This document shows, piece by piece, positions 11,772 to 21,529 of a DNA stretch of 32,000 nucleotides. This DNA is from Ureaplasma parvum serovar 3 str. ATCC 27815 (lineage in GTDB: Bacteria > Bacillota_I > Bacilli_A > Mycoplasmatales > Mycoplasmoidaceae), in the NCBI RefSeq assembly GCF_000019345.1, contig NC_010503.1, positions 360,001-392,000 on the forward strand, given 5' to 3'. Position 1 is the first letter of the stretch. Every line of letters starts with the position of its first letter. The translations under genes were made by a program, and so were the position numbers. The notes under the pieces are model-generated. The model saw nothing but the letters and a program-made list of their open reading frames with translations, searched no databases and was not told the origin of the DNA.

Positions 11772-11791
11772 CATGTTTTTTTGATTTTATA

Positions 11792-12451
11792 TTAAAAATC
11801 TGACAGTGATTTCATATCTACATCTTTACGCTCTTGTTTGTTTGCAGCATAAATTGGGAAAGTTTCAAGTTTTAATTTTTCAGCAACGATAACAGTCATA
11901 AATTGAAAAATCATAATATTTCAATCAGTTGCACGTGAGTTATAAGCACGTCGTGATGAAGCAATTTCATTTTCTAAATAACTTGATGTACTCATCAATT
12001 CCATTAAAATATTGGATGATTTCAAATCTGGATAACGTTCGAATTGAACATTAACTAAATTTTGAAGTTTATTTAATACTTCTTCATTTTTGTTAATATC
12101 ATTTGACATTTGAATACTTCGATTTTTAGTTATTTCATCTAATACTTTTTCTTCATATTTGTAATATGATTTAGTTTGTTCAATCATTTTATTTAATAAA
12201 TCGAACCGTTTTGTTTGTGCTACTTGGATGCTTGATGAAGCTTCATTAACACTGTTTTTAGTTTGAATTAAATGATTTTTAGTATTAAATCATCAAACTA
12301 ATAAAAAGATTCAACCAATAATTGAAATAATTGAAATAACTATGATGAAAATATATAAAGTTTTTTCGCCATTTGAAGCAACTACTACTTTTCGTTCGTT
12401 AGATACATTAGGGCTAATTCCATTTTCATCTTGTTCTTTTCATAAATCCAT
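11792..12451 (-). CDS. lemA: LemA family membrane protein
   Basis: Track ORF 11921-12187 (-) extends both ways through 5 TGA codons; the 660 nt length is in frame. It runs from ATG (complement of 12449-12451) to TAA (complement of 11792-11794), with an AAGGAG Shine-Dalgarno upstream. The N-terminal TM is TLYIFIIVISIISIIGWIFLLVWW, followed by LemA-like ...QTKRFDLLNKMIEQTKSYYKYEE...SSRRAYNSRATDWN. Confidence 0.85.
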
Positions 12452-12596
12452 AAACTTTGCTCCTTATAATTAAATGATTTTAATAATCAATTAAAATTAT
12501 ATAATATAAAAATAGTAAAAATTTTTCTAACATGCTTAGTATGTTAAAAATATTTACGACAATTTAGCGAATTTTGCACATAATCAAGGAGAAAAT

Positions 12597-12956
12597 ATGG
12601 AAAAGACAATAATTCAATTGGAATTTAATGAAGAAGAATTAGCATCAATAAAAAAAATTAAAGATAAAATGGATCCTAATAATAATTTAGAATTAAATGT
12701 ATTTTTAAAAGATTTAATTAAGGATTTAGCGCGTGATTATTTAAATTTTTCAAACCAATCATTTGAAAGTATTGCAAAGCAAATGAATGATTTAAAAGAT
12801 CTAATAGGAAACGTAGCGAACGATCCATCTAGTTTCGATTTTAATTCAGTAATGAATGAATTCCAAAAGTTTAGTAAATCACAAAAGGATGAAGAAAAAG
12901 AAATAAAAAACGATACTGAAATAAAAACTGCGACTAAACCTACTAAAAAATCTTAA
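12597..12956 (+). CDS. Hypothetical acidic protein, 119 aa
   Basis: Intact track ORF preceded by AAGGAG (caaggagaaaatATG). No motif recognised. It ends 3 nt before the next gene. Confidence 0.6.
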   Translation: MEKTIIQLEFNEEELASIKKIKDKMDPNNNLELNVFLKDLIKDLARDYLNFSNQSFESIAKQMNDLKDLIGNVANDPSSFDFNSVMNEFQKFSKSQKDEEKEIKNDTEIKTATKPTKKS

Positions 12957-12959
12957 TTT

Positions 12960-13733
12960 ATGTTAAAAATTATTACATCTAATAAAAATGAAGAAATTAT
13001 TCATTTTTATCGTTTAATTCATGATAAAAAATATCGCGAAGCTAATAAATTATTCATAATTGAGGGTTTTAAATTATTAGATGAAGCTTTGCAAAATCAA
13101 CAAACAATAGTTTCAATTATTATTAATGAACATGTTTATAATAAAGAATTTGAAACGATTTTTAAATATACATTATATGACAATATTCAAATTTATAAAG
13201 TTAGTGGAAATATTATTAAAAAACTATCAGTTAATATCGAACCAAGTCCAATTTTAGCAGTTGTTAAAATAAAACAAGAAATGTGTGATATTAACGATAA
13301 TATTTTATTGTTAGATAATATTCAAGATCCAGGTAATTTAGGAACCATTTTAAGAACCTGCTTTGCTTTCAATATTAAACAAGTTATTTTTAATAATTGT
13401 GTTGATTTATATAATCCTAAAACAATTAAAGCAAGTATGGGGGCCATTTTTAAAATTAATTTTTTACGTTTTAATGATTCTAAACTAGCATTAAATTTTT
13501 TATTAAAAAATAAATTCTATTTAATTGCTACTATTTTAGATAAAAACGCAATTTCTTTAAACGAAATAACGATTAAACAAAAATATTGTTTAATGGTAGG
13601 TAATGAAGGTCATGGTTTGGTACAAACTTTTATTGATCATGCTCACATTAAAACAATGATTAAAATGAATCAAACAGAATCATTAAATGTTGCAGTAGCA
13701 GCAGCAATTTTTTTATATGAACTTAATAAATAA
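12960..13733 (+). CDS. SpoU/TrmH-family RNA 2'-O-methyltransferase (RlmB/YacO-like)
   Basis: SPOUT motifs are LLLDNIQDPGNLGTILRTCFAF, MVGNEGHGL and ESLNVAVAAAIFLYEL. The N-terminal substrate-binding-like segment is YREANKLFIIEGFKLLDEAL. Confidence 0.85.
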   Translation: MLKIITSNKNEEIIHFYRLIHDKKYREANKLFIIEGFKLLDEALQNQQTIVSIIINEHVYNKEFETIFKYTLYDNIQIYKVSGNIIKKLSVNIEPSPILAVVKIKQEMCDINDNILLLDNIQDPGNLGTILRTCFAFNIKQVIFNNCVDLYNPKTIKASMGAIFKINFLRFNDSKLALNFLLKNKFYLIATILDKNAISLNEITIKQKYCLMVGNEGHGLVQTFIDHAHIKTMIKMNQTESLNVAVAAAIFLYELNK

Positions 13734-14661
13734 AGAACTTTTTTTAATTACTGGTGACAATCGTTTAAAAATGGATCAAAAAATTAATGAAATTGCGACC
13801 TCTTTTGATGAATTAGTTAAAATTAATGATCAAGAAATTTCATTAATTTCTTTTAAAAATCTTATTGAACAAGATGATTTATTCAATAGTAATAAGATCT
13901 ACTTATTTAAAAACGTTAACTGATTCGAAAATTTAGAACATTTAAAAAATGTTAGTGATTTAATTGATTATTTTTTTAATAATCATGTTGCTATTATTAT
14001 TACAATTGAATCTACAAAAATTTCTACAGCAAAAAAAATTCAAGAAACAATTGCAAAATTTAATCATCAAATTACTTTTATGACATATACAAATGAAAAT
14101 GCTATGGCTTTCTTAAAAGAAGAGTTAAATCAGCGTAATTTATCATTAAATAAATCTATAATGCAAACGATTATTCAAAAAACAAATTTTAATATTAATT
14201 TTCTTAATAATGAATTAGATAAAATAGAATTAATTAATGATTTTTTAAAAAATCATGGTATGTTTGATATTAATAATTTTATATGTGATTATGGTGAATA
14301 TCAAATTTTTAGTTTATTAAATCTTTTGTATCAACATAAAATAAATGAATCAATAAATTTAATTAATAAAATGCTCATTGACAAAATTGATGAACTCACA
14401 ATAATTAATATGTTAGCGACAATAATGAGTACACATTACTTAATTAAATTATTACATGAAAAAAAATATAACAAAAACGTTATATCTAGCTCTTTAAATC
14501 AAAAACCTTATATTATTGATTTAAATTTAAAATTAATTAGAAATTATTCAGCTAAATTTTTACTTAAAAAAATGTATGATTTATTACAATTAGAAATTAA
14601 AGTCAAGGAAAATAAAATTGATAAATATTTTGGATTAATTAATTGAGTTTTGAATTTTTAA
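13717..14661 (+). CDS. holA: DNA polymerase III delta subunit
   Basis: Track ORFs 13717-13923 and 14080-14646 share frame 1 and are joined by TGA; the stop is TAA 14659-14661. HolA-like features include N-terminal LFLITGDNRLKMDQKINEI, ...DDLFNSNKIYLFKNV and the NFLNNELDKIEL motif. The start overlaps the upstream gene by 17 nt. Confidence 0.65.
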
Positions 14662-14817
14662 CACTACAATAAGTTCTTATAATTTAAGTTTATTGAAGAT
14701 AAAGATAAAAAAACTATATTTATATTTGTTAAAATTAATAGACCAAATTAAATAAAATACTTTTGTTTTAATGTCAGTTCAGTTTATTTTATTTTAGATT
14801 AATGAGGTGGTTATTAG

Positions 14818-16086
14818 ATGCTAAATGCAGAATTGTCAAGTGCACAAAAAGATTTATATAAATCAATTAAATTATATTTAAACACAATTTTTTTGAATCA
14901 AAAACTAAATTATGCTATTAAAAATGATAATGATTATCGAAATCAATTAAATAAAGTAATGAATATTTTTGAATATTATGAAGATAATTATGAAATAGCA
15001 AATAAAAATTTTCATAGTTATTGACAGGCTTTTAAGTCATATGTTCATTATGAAAAAATAGTTAATGATTATAACGATTTTGATGAATTAAAAGATATTG
15101 TAAATGGTTTAAAAATTTATGTTTTAAATACATTTCAAATAGATTTAGATCAAGAATCACAAAGAATTGCAGATATTGATTTTAAGTATGATGAAAAGAC
15201 GCAAGCATCAATGGGTTTTTATACTCCAAGAAATCAAGAAAATAATACTAGTACAGAATATGAAAAGGTAAGTGCTGAATCTATTAGTGATGAAGATAGT
15301 ATGAATCATACTTATCAACCAACTTCTGATTTTACAACAGCAAATATCGATAATTTAACAAATATGGTATTTAGTGCTCGGGTTATGAATGGTGAAATTT
15401 ATTTATATGAAACGAAACCAAAAGTTATTCCTTTCTTAAAATATGTTTTTTTTGCTGTTAGTTTAGCTTTGGTTTTTTTTACAACATTAACGTATGCTTT
15501 TCTAATGGATTTTGGCACACATATGTCAAGTGTTATTAATGTTAATGGTATTACTCATATTGTTCGTTTAGTTTCGCCAACATTTCCAACCCAGTTAGTG
15601 ATATCAATATTCATTATGATTTATGCTGGAATAAATGCTTTTAAAAGAAAAATTAGTGAAAATGAGAAGTTTCATTTTAAAAATTTTATTTGAATTATTT
15701 TGTTTGGAGCATTATTAGTAGTTGCATTAGCAAATATTTTTACTGGAAATTTAAGATTTTCAAGTAGTTCATTTGATGAAATGTTTCGTCAAGCACAAAT
15801 TAATGATGTATTAGCTAACTTAGCAAGAAATAATAGTTTTAGTTTTGATTATTCGTATTTACAAAGTATTTTTTATGGCTATAGTATCGCCCAAATTTTA
15901 GTATTTGTAGTTATTATTTTAGGAACAATTTTAATTATTAGTACTTTTATTTTAAATCCTAAACGTGATATTCAAAGAATAAAATTATTATTACAAGAAA
16001 TTCATGATGATATTTTAACAGGTAAAATTGATCCTAATACATATTTAAGAACAAAAAATCCCTTTAGAGACTTGTTTGGTTTTTAG
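14818..16086 (+). CDS. Hypothetical membrane protein (422 aa: soluble N-terminal part of about 190 aa plus about 4 TM helices)
   Basis: Track ORFs 14818-15024, 15211-15693 and 15700-16086 are all in frame 1 with only TGA between them. A GAGGTGG Shine-Dalgarno lies upstream. Hydrophobic helices include FLKYVFFAVSLALVFFTTLTYAFLM, LVISIFIMIYAGINAF, IILFGALLVVALANIF and IAQILVFVVIILGTILIISTFIL. Confidence 0.65.
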
Positions 16087-17070
16087 ATGAATTCAAGATT
16101 TAAATTTAACTATGATATAAATAATAAATTAGCATTATCCTTTACAAAGGATTTAATTGCTAATAAAAAGCAAAAAAATAAAAAAAAATTTTTGCTTTTT
16201 TTATTTCCCTTTTATCCTTTAAAACTTTTTAAAACGATTAATTTAATCGTGGTTTTTGCTGTTTTAGTTGCAATTCGTTTAGGAATGGGATTTTTACATA
16301 TTAAAATTCCTGGTTTTAATATGGTTATTTCTTTTACATGAATGGCATTAATGGTTTTAGGGTGGTATTTTGGACCATTAATTGGAATATTTGCTGGATT
16401 TTTAGTTGATACTTTAGCATGATTAATTAGTGGTGGAATTTGGTTTTGAATGTATGCTATTCAAGAACCTATTGTAGGCTTTATTGCTGGATTTCTAGGA
16501 TCTGTAGCTACATTAAGAAAAAAAACTAAACGACCAATAATTGATCTAATAGTTAATCAAATCTTTATTTTATTTTTTAGTATATTAACATTGTTTATGA
16601 TTTTGACCTTAGTTAATGATGGTAAAAACTCCTTATTTAGCATTCTTAAAAAACGTGATAAAGAAATTAATGAAGATTGAATTAGTATTTTTAAATATTT
16701 AGCAATCGCTTTTTTAGCTACATTTGTTTTGCTTGTTGAAGCTTTTGTTATCATTTATTATTTACGTAATAGAAATCGTTCAAAAGTACAGTTAATTAAT
16801 TTTATTTATTGCTCATTATTAGTAATTTTTTCAACAATGTTATTTTCGTTTGCACTAGGACCTTACGTAAGTGTAGCGTATTTAAAATATATAAAAGTCC
16901 CAATTACGAATTATTTAAAATACGGAGTTAATTACTATTTATTACCACGCATTATTAAAGAAAGCATTAAAACACCAATTTATATCATTTTATTATCTTC
17001 AATAATTAGTGCATTTGATTATGTCTTTCTAAATATTAAGCAAATTAATATGCACAAATGAAAACATTAA
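16087..17070 (+). CDS. Polytopic membrane protein resembling an ECF-transporter S component
   Basis: Track ORFs 16087-16341, 16450-16680 and 16729-17061 share frame 1 and are joined by TGA; TAA is at 17068-17070. The ATG directly abuts the upstream TAG (tagATG). The Gly-rich helices LGWYFGPLIGIFAGFLVDTLAWLISGGIWFWMYAIQEPIVGFIAGFLG resemble ECF S components. The family call is from memory only. Confidence 0.5.
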
Positions 17071-17136
17071 CAATACACTTTTGAAGGTATAAAATATAAT
17101 CATAAGTTTTAAAAGAGAGATAAATGATAGTAGTTT

Positions 17137-17782
17137 ATGGATTCTAAAAAATTTAATGATTTAGATTTAGATATTTTTAAAAAGGGGATTATAAACCTAT
17201 AAGTTCAGAATTTTTAGCTGAATCATTTAATGCTATGATTCCTATTATGGAAATTCAAGAAAAATATAAATAATTTGATAACGATACTTTTTTAAACGAA
17301 TTTAAAGGTGGTTTTGTAGGCGTTTATTACCGATTAGATGCTAAAAAGCAAGGATTTAACCAATGATTAGAAGTTAAACAAGTATCATTTAATACTAAAA
17401 CATGAGGTGCAATTTTAATGATACAAGTTTAGAAAAAGCTAAAGCATTTAGTGATATAAAAACCTTTTTAGCAGTAGGCGTTTGAGATAAAATGGCTGAT
17501 TTATTATTCATTGTTTATGGTTAAAATCCAGAAATTGGCGAATATTTAACTAAAAAAGTTTGCGAAAGTAAACAAGCTAGTCGTCGATTCACACAAACAA
17601 TAAGTGTGCGACAACTAGTAAAAATTATAAATTTAAAATTTTTCCAGTAAATTAATAATAATCCTAATTTAATAAATATTTTAAAACAAGCAAAACTACC
17701 TTGAATTTTAGAAAGTTTAACTATACTACGTTTAGAAAAACTAAAAAAAACATTTCACATTTACTTATGATACTATTGATAA
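17137..17782 (+). pseudogene. Decayed gene remnant of unknown family, with a possible PD-(D/E)xK nuclease-like motif
   Basis: Coding-like sequence is recovered only by switching frames: frame 1 from ATG 17137, frame 0 from about 17187 (shift at the A5G4 run 17179-17187), frame 2 from about 17408. In-frame TAA stops occur at 17271, 17522 and 17648. The conceptual product is MDSKKFNDLDLDIFKKG/DYKPISSEFLAESFNAMIPIMEIQEKYK*FDNDTFLNEFKGGFVGVYYRLDAKKQGFNQWLEVKQVSF.../NFNDTSLEKAKAFSDIKTFLAVGVWDKMADLLFIVYG*NPEIGEYLTKKVCESKQASRRF... The part after 17650 is less certain. Confidence 0.55.
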
Positions 17783-17798
17783 TGTTAAAAAATAAAGT

Positions 17799-18101
17799 TT
17801 ATTTAATTTTTTTAATATGGTAAAAATCATTTTTATTAGTTCGTTTAGTGTAAGAAATAATTGTATTTGTGTATTTATCAACTAAAAAATAATAACCTTT
17901 ATTTTTAGGGTCCATGTAAATATGGAAATTATTGTCTAAAGAATTTAAAGGACGAATTCCTAAAATTCGCTCATTAATAATTGGAATAATGAATGTACCA
18001 CTTAGATTTTTAATGTTAACATCAGTTCATTCAGCACGTTCTCGAAAACGAGCTAATGCATGATCTGTAATTCTAAATTTGCTTTTATAATAATATGACA
18101 T
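17799..18101 (-). CDS. Small hypothetical protein (100 aa) with a DUF4258-like HAxxRxxER motif
   Basis: It is not in the track because one TGA splits it. Hand translation gives MSYYYKSKFRITDHALARFRERAEWTDVNIKNLSGTFIIPIINERILGIRPLNSLDNNFHIYMDPKNKGYYFLVDKYTNTIISYTKRTNKNDFYHIKKIK. The ATG is the complement of 18099-18101 and the TAA the complement of 17799-17801; 303 nt is in frame. It starts 29 nt downstream of the udk stop on the same strand. Confidence 0.55.
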
Positions 18102-18129
18102 AATTCAAAATTAAATTAGTTATGATATT

Positions 18130-18753
18130 TTAATGTATATTATTTATTCATTTATGAATTAAATGTAATGCAACACGATTGTGTTCATTTCATAGCACAC
18201 TAACATTAGCATTCTTCTTACTTGGTTCAACAAATTGATCATACATAGGGCTAACAGTGCTACGTCATTGAGTAATTACAGATTCAAATGATCGATTACG
18301 TTCATTAACATCTCGAAGAATTCGTCGAATTAAACATTCATCTTTTGGAGTTTCAATAAAAATTTTCAAATCAGCTATTTGATTAATGACATCATCATAA
18401 ATTGCATAAATACCTTCAAGAACTATAACATCAACATCACTAATATCAATCGTTTTATCTAAACGAATCTCAGTTTTATAATCATAGATTGGTACTTTAA
18501 TTTTTTTACGTTTTTTAATGTCACTTAATTGCTCTCGCATTAACTCTCATTCAAAACTACTTGGATGATCATAATTAATTAAGCGGCGTTCTTTTTTATT
18601 TAGTTGTGAATTAGAAATATAGTAAGAATCTTGACAAATAACAACACTTGTTGTATTTTTAGGAATTCTTGCAATAATTTCATTAGCAAAGGTTGTTTTT
18701 CCAGAACCAGAAGCTCCTGCAATTAGTATAAGAATTGGGGATTTAGTATTCAT
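18130..18753 (-). CDS. udk: Uridine kinase
   Basis: Track ORFs 18265-18540 and 18547-18774 (-) are in one frame, and the frame continues through further TGA codons to TAA (complement of 18130-18132). Motifs are the P-loop LIAGASGSGKTTFANEI, NYDHPSSFEW, VIVLEGIY and C-terminal RSTVSPMYDQFVEPSKKNANV. The start is set at MNTKSPILI (18753), with AAGG upstream. Confidence 0.9.
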
Positions 18754-18938
18754 AATTTTGAACCTTAATATCATTAAACATATTACTATTATTATAGATT
18801 ATGCGTAGCTTTTCCTTTTAATTAATTAAATATTTTTTTAAAAAAAGATATTAAAAAATAATAAAATCATATATAATTTATAAATGTTATAAAATTCAAT
18901 ATCTTATAAGATACACAAACTAGAAATGAGGCGATAAT

Positions 18939-19112
18939 ATGGCTGTACAACAAAGAAGAGTAAGTAAATCAAGAAAAGGAATGCGTCGTAGTCACGATCA
19001 CCTTACAATTTCTAATACAGTAGCATGTAATGAATGTGGTAAAGCATTACTACCTCATAGAGCTTGTCGTGATTGCAAAACTTACAGAAGTATTAAGTTA
19101 TCAATCAAATAA
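18939..19112 (+). CDS. rpmF: 50S ribosomal protein L32 (four-Cys form)
   Basis: It falls below the track size cutoff. ATG 18939 gives MAVQQRRVSKSRKGMRRSHDHLTISNTVACNECGKALLPHRACRDCKTYRSIKLSIK with TAA at 19110-19112. It has the classic L32 N-terminus (AVQQRR.SK.R...RR.H) and CxxC...CxxC. A GAGG Shine-Dalgarno (atgaggcg) lies upstream. Confidence 0.9.
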   Translation: MAVQQRRVSKSRKGMRRSHDHLTISNTVACNECGKALLPHRACRDCKTYRSIKLSIK

Positions 19113-19117
19113 TTTTT

Positions 19118-19378
19118 ATGATGAATGATAGTGTTAAACAAACCAATAATATTGATGAAAATCAATTAAAACCAACTACAAAAAGCTTTTTTGATGATAA
19201 AAACAACCAATTAACAAAAGTTTTAAATATTCCTAGCGTTGTTAAATATACGGAATCAAAAATTAAAAAAAATGGTAAAAATTTTTCAATTAATTTAATC
19301 ATTACAATTACAACAATGTTTATTGTAATTGGGATTATTATAACTATTGCTATTGCTATTGGTATTAAATTAAGTTAG
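19118..19378 (+). CDS. Hypothetical tail-anchored small membrane protein (86 aa)
   Basis: Intact track ORF starting 5 nt after rpmF. It has a single C-terminal hydrophobic helix, INLIITITTMFIVIGIIITIAIAIGI, and is followed by a terminator. Confidence 0.5.
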   Translation: MMNDSVKQTNNIDENQLKPTTKSFFDDKNNQLTKVLNIPSVVKYTESKIKKNGKNFSINLIITITTMFIVIGIIITIAIAIGIKLS

Positions 19379-19415
19379 TAACAACTTCATGAGTTGTTAT
19401 TTTTTTATTTTTTTT
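19379..19415 (+). terminator. Intrinsic terminator after the rpmF/19118 unit
   Basis: taacaact (19379-19386) pairs with agttgtta (19392-19399), followed by tttttttatttttttt. Confidence 0.75.
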
Positions 19416-19447
19416 AGATATAATTTAATTTAGACGTATGCTATTAA

Positions 19448-19455
19448 TGTATAAT
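19448..19455 (+). promoter_or_regulatory. Candidate extended -10 (TGTATAAT) for the 19494-22837 unit
   Basis: tgtataat at 19448-19455, about 39 nt upstream of ATG 19494 and downstream of the preceding terminator. Confidence 0.4.
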
Positions 19456-19493
19456 TTTAAATAATGTTTTATATTAATTTAAGGGTGAAAACA

Positions 19494-21506
19494 ATGATGG
19501 AAAAATTAAAAAACAACAAGACTTTGTTTTTGAATGTAGAACAAGCTCAAAAACTAGGGATTAATAACCCTTTAACACAAGAGATTTTTTTAGATGATCA
19601 AAAGTTAAAAGTTCATTTAATTAATAGTATAAAAGATGAGTTTTACTTAAAAAAAAGTATTAGTAAAGGTTATGCTTATTTTAATAGTTTAGAACAATTT
19701 AAGACTATGGAGCTTGATGTTTTAGATAACTATCAATTTGCAAAAATAGCAGCTACTAATTTAGATGAGTATGATCAATTAGTTTACACAAAAACTCGTC
19801 AATATTTAATTAATAAAGAATTTTGAACTAATGATGGTTTAGATGCATTTATTGGTGATGATTTTAAAAGAAAACAATTAACGAGCAAAGAAATCGTTAA
19901 TCTAAAAACAAAATATGATTTATGAATACAAGAATTACATTTTAATAATGCACGAATTAGTAAACAAATTCATAATTTAAGTATTCATGGTCAAAATAAA
20001 TTAGATTATGAGAAATTTTATGATAAAAAAGCAACCCTTGAATCAAATTTAGATATTCTTCAAATTTTAATTTATTTAAGATCTTCATTACTTGAGTTAG
20101 ATTTTGACGATCTTTTTAAAGATGATCAAAATAAAATAAGTATTCGTCAATTATTAGTTAATGATTTAGAATACTTGCCGTTTTCATTTCAACGTTATGA
20201 TTATGAATCAAGACGTAATTTCATTAGAAACTCACGTCAATTAGTTGATACCTCAATTGATTTTGACGATCTTGAATATGATTTTTTGCACAATAAGAAA
20301 CCAAAACAAGAACTAGAAAAAAATAATGAATCAATTAAAATAGCTGAATTAAAAAAATTTGAAAATTCACAATTAAGTGATGAACAACAATCTAATTTAG
20401 AAAAAGAGTTCTATAGTATTGGAAGAATTAACTGTTTTGACGAAGTTAGCGAAAATAAACAAGAATTAAACAAAGAACAATTAGTAATCGATAAAAAAAA
20501 TGGGTATTTGAAGCCACGTAGTTACTTACGTCATCATGAAACTCCATTTATGGTTGACATTGAGAACCGGGTAGACTTTTTAATGGCAGGATATGAAATT
20601 ATTAAAAATGATGATCCATATGCAATTAAACAAGAAATATTAAAAAATACCATTTTAGAACAACAAAAGCTTGTCGAACAAGATGATCATGATTTTAAAG
20701 TTAAAAATGATGATCAAGAAGCAAATGAAGAATTATTGGACAATACTGATAAATTAGAAAATCAAGATTCTACAAGTGCTGTTGAATTTAATGATTCATC
20801 TGAAGTTACTCAAGTAGTAAAAACGGATGAAAATGTTGATAATTTAATTAAAACTAAGCAAATAACTAGTTTTAACGATCTTAAACAAGAGCAATCATCT
20901 CAAGAAAATATTATTAAAAATGATCTTTCATCAATTCAAATTCGTTTAGATGAAATTATTAATGTACATGAAAAAGATACTAAATTACAAACCGAACTAA
21001 ATTCAATTATGATAGATAGTAATGAAAAAAATATTGATGATAGTTTAAATAATTTAAATGAACAAATACGAATTCAAGATCAAGAATTAGAATCATCAGA
21101 TAATCAAAATGTAATTATTGAAGAAGAAATTAATACCAAAAATTTAAATAATAAAGCTGATGTTGGTGTTATGAGTGTTGAAAAAAAATATGAACCTGAA
21201 GAGGAAATGGTTAATTTTGAATTTGAAATACCTGAAAACCAAAAAGAATCAGTTAACCAAGATGTTTTAAATAGTAATAGTATTGATAATTTTAAAGAAG
21301 AAAAAGCTAAAGAAAATACTTTCTTAACACCAAAAGAAATAGAAAATAATGATTTATCATCACAAATTGAATTAACACCTGCTGATTTTGAACTTAAGAC
21401 ACAAGAAATTAATGACGAAACTGAACGTTTATTGGATGAATTAAATAATAATAAACCTAAAGAAAAGAAGAAATTTTGGACATGATTTAACTCAAAAAAA
21501 AGATAA
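19494..21506 (+). CDS. Large hypothetical acidic protein (about 670 aa), Asn/Glu/Asp/Gln/Lys-rich C-terminal half
   Basis: Track ORFs 19464-19826 and 20175-21485 share frame 0; the gap contains only TGA codons, and one more TGA leads to TAA 21504-21506. The likely start is ATGATG at 19494, after aagggtga. No signal peptide or TM segment is present. The C-terminus is ...NNNKPKEKKKFWTWFNSKKR. Confidence 0.65.
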
Positions 21507-21529
21507 ATAAAAAAAAGGAATTATTAATT

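Noticed and set aside
12528-12546. Imperfect palindrome taacat-N7-atgtta in the divergent lemA / 12597 intergenic region, as a possible operator
   Set aside because: The arms are only 6 bp of AT-rich sequence. No matching site occurs elsewhere in the window, and no regulator gene is adjacent. It is indistinguishable from chance.
16163-16204. Inverted repeat aaaaagcaaaaa / tttttgcttttt with an A9 loop and T-run, resembling a terminator about 80 nt into the 16087 CDS
   Set aside because: The stem is almost pure A:T with a single G:C pair, and it simply encodes a Lys-rich then Phe/Leu-rich segment (NKKQKNKKKFLLFLF). It is most likely a by-product of coding and AT bias rather than a functional terminator.
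20925-21375. Recurrence of NDLSS-(Q)I motif (about nt 20925 and about nt 21349) in the acidic protein as a possible internal repeat
   Set aside because: Only 6-7 residues are shared, within a low-complexity Asn/Asp/Ser/Glu-rich region. This is not distinguishable from compositional chance.
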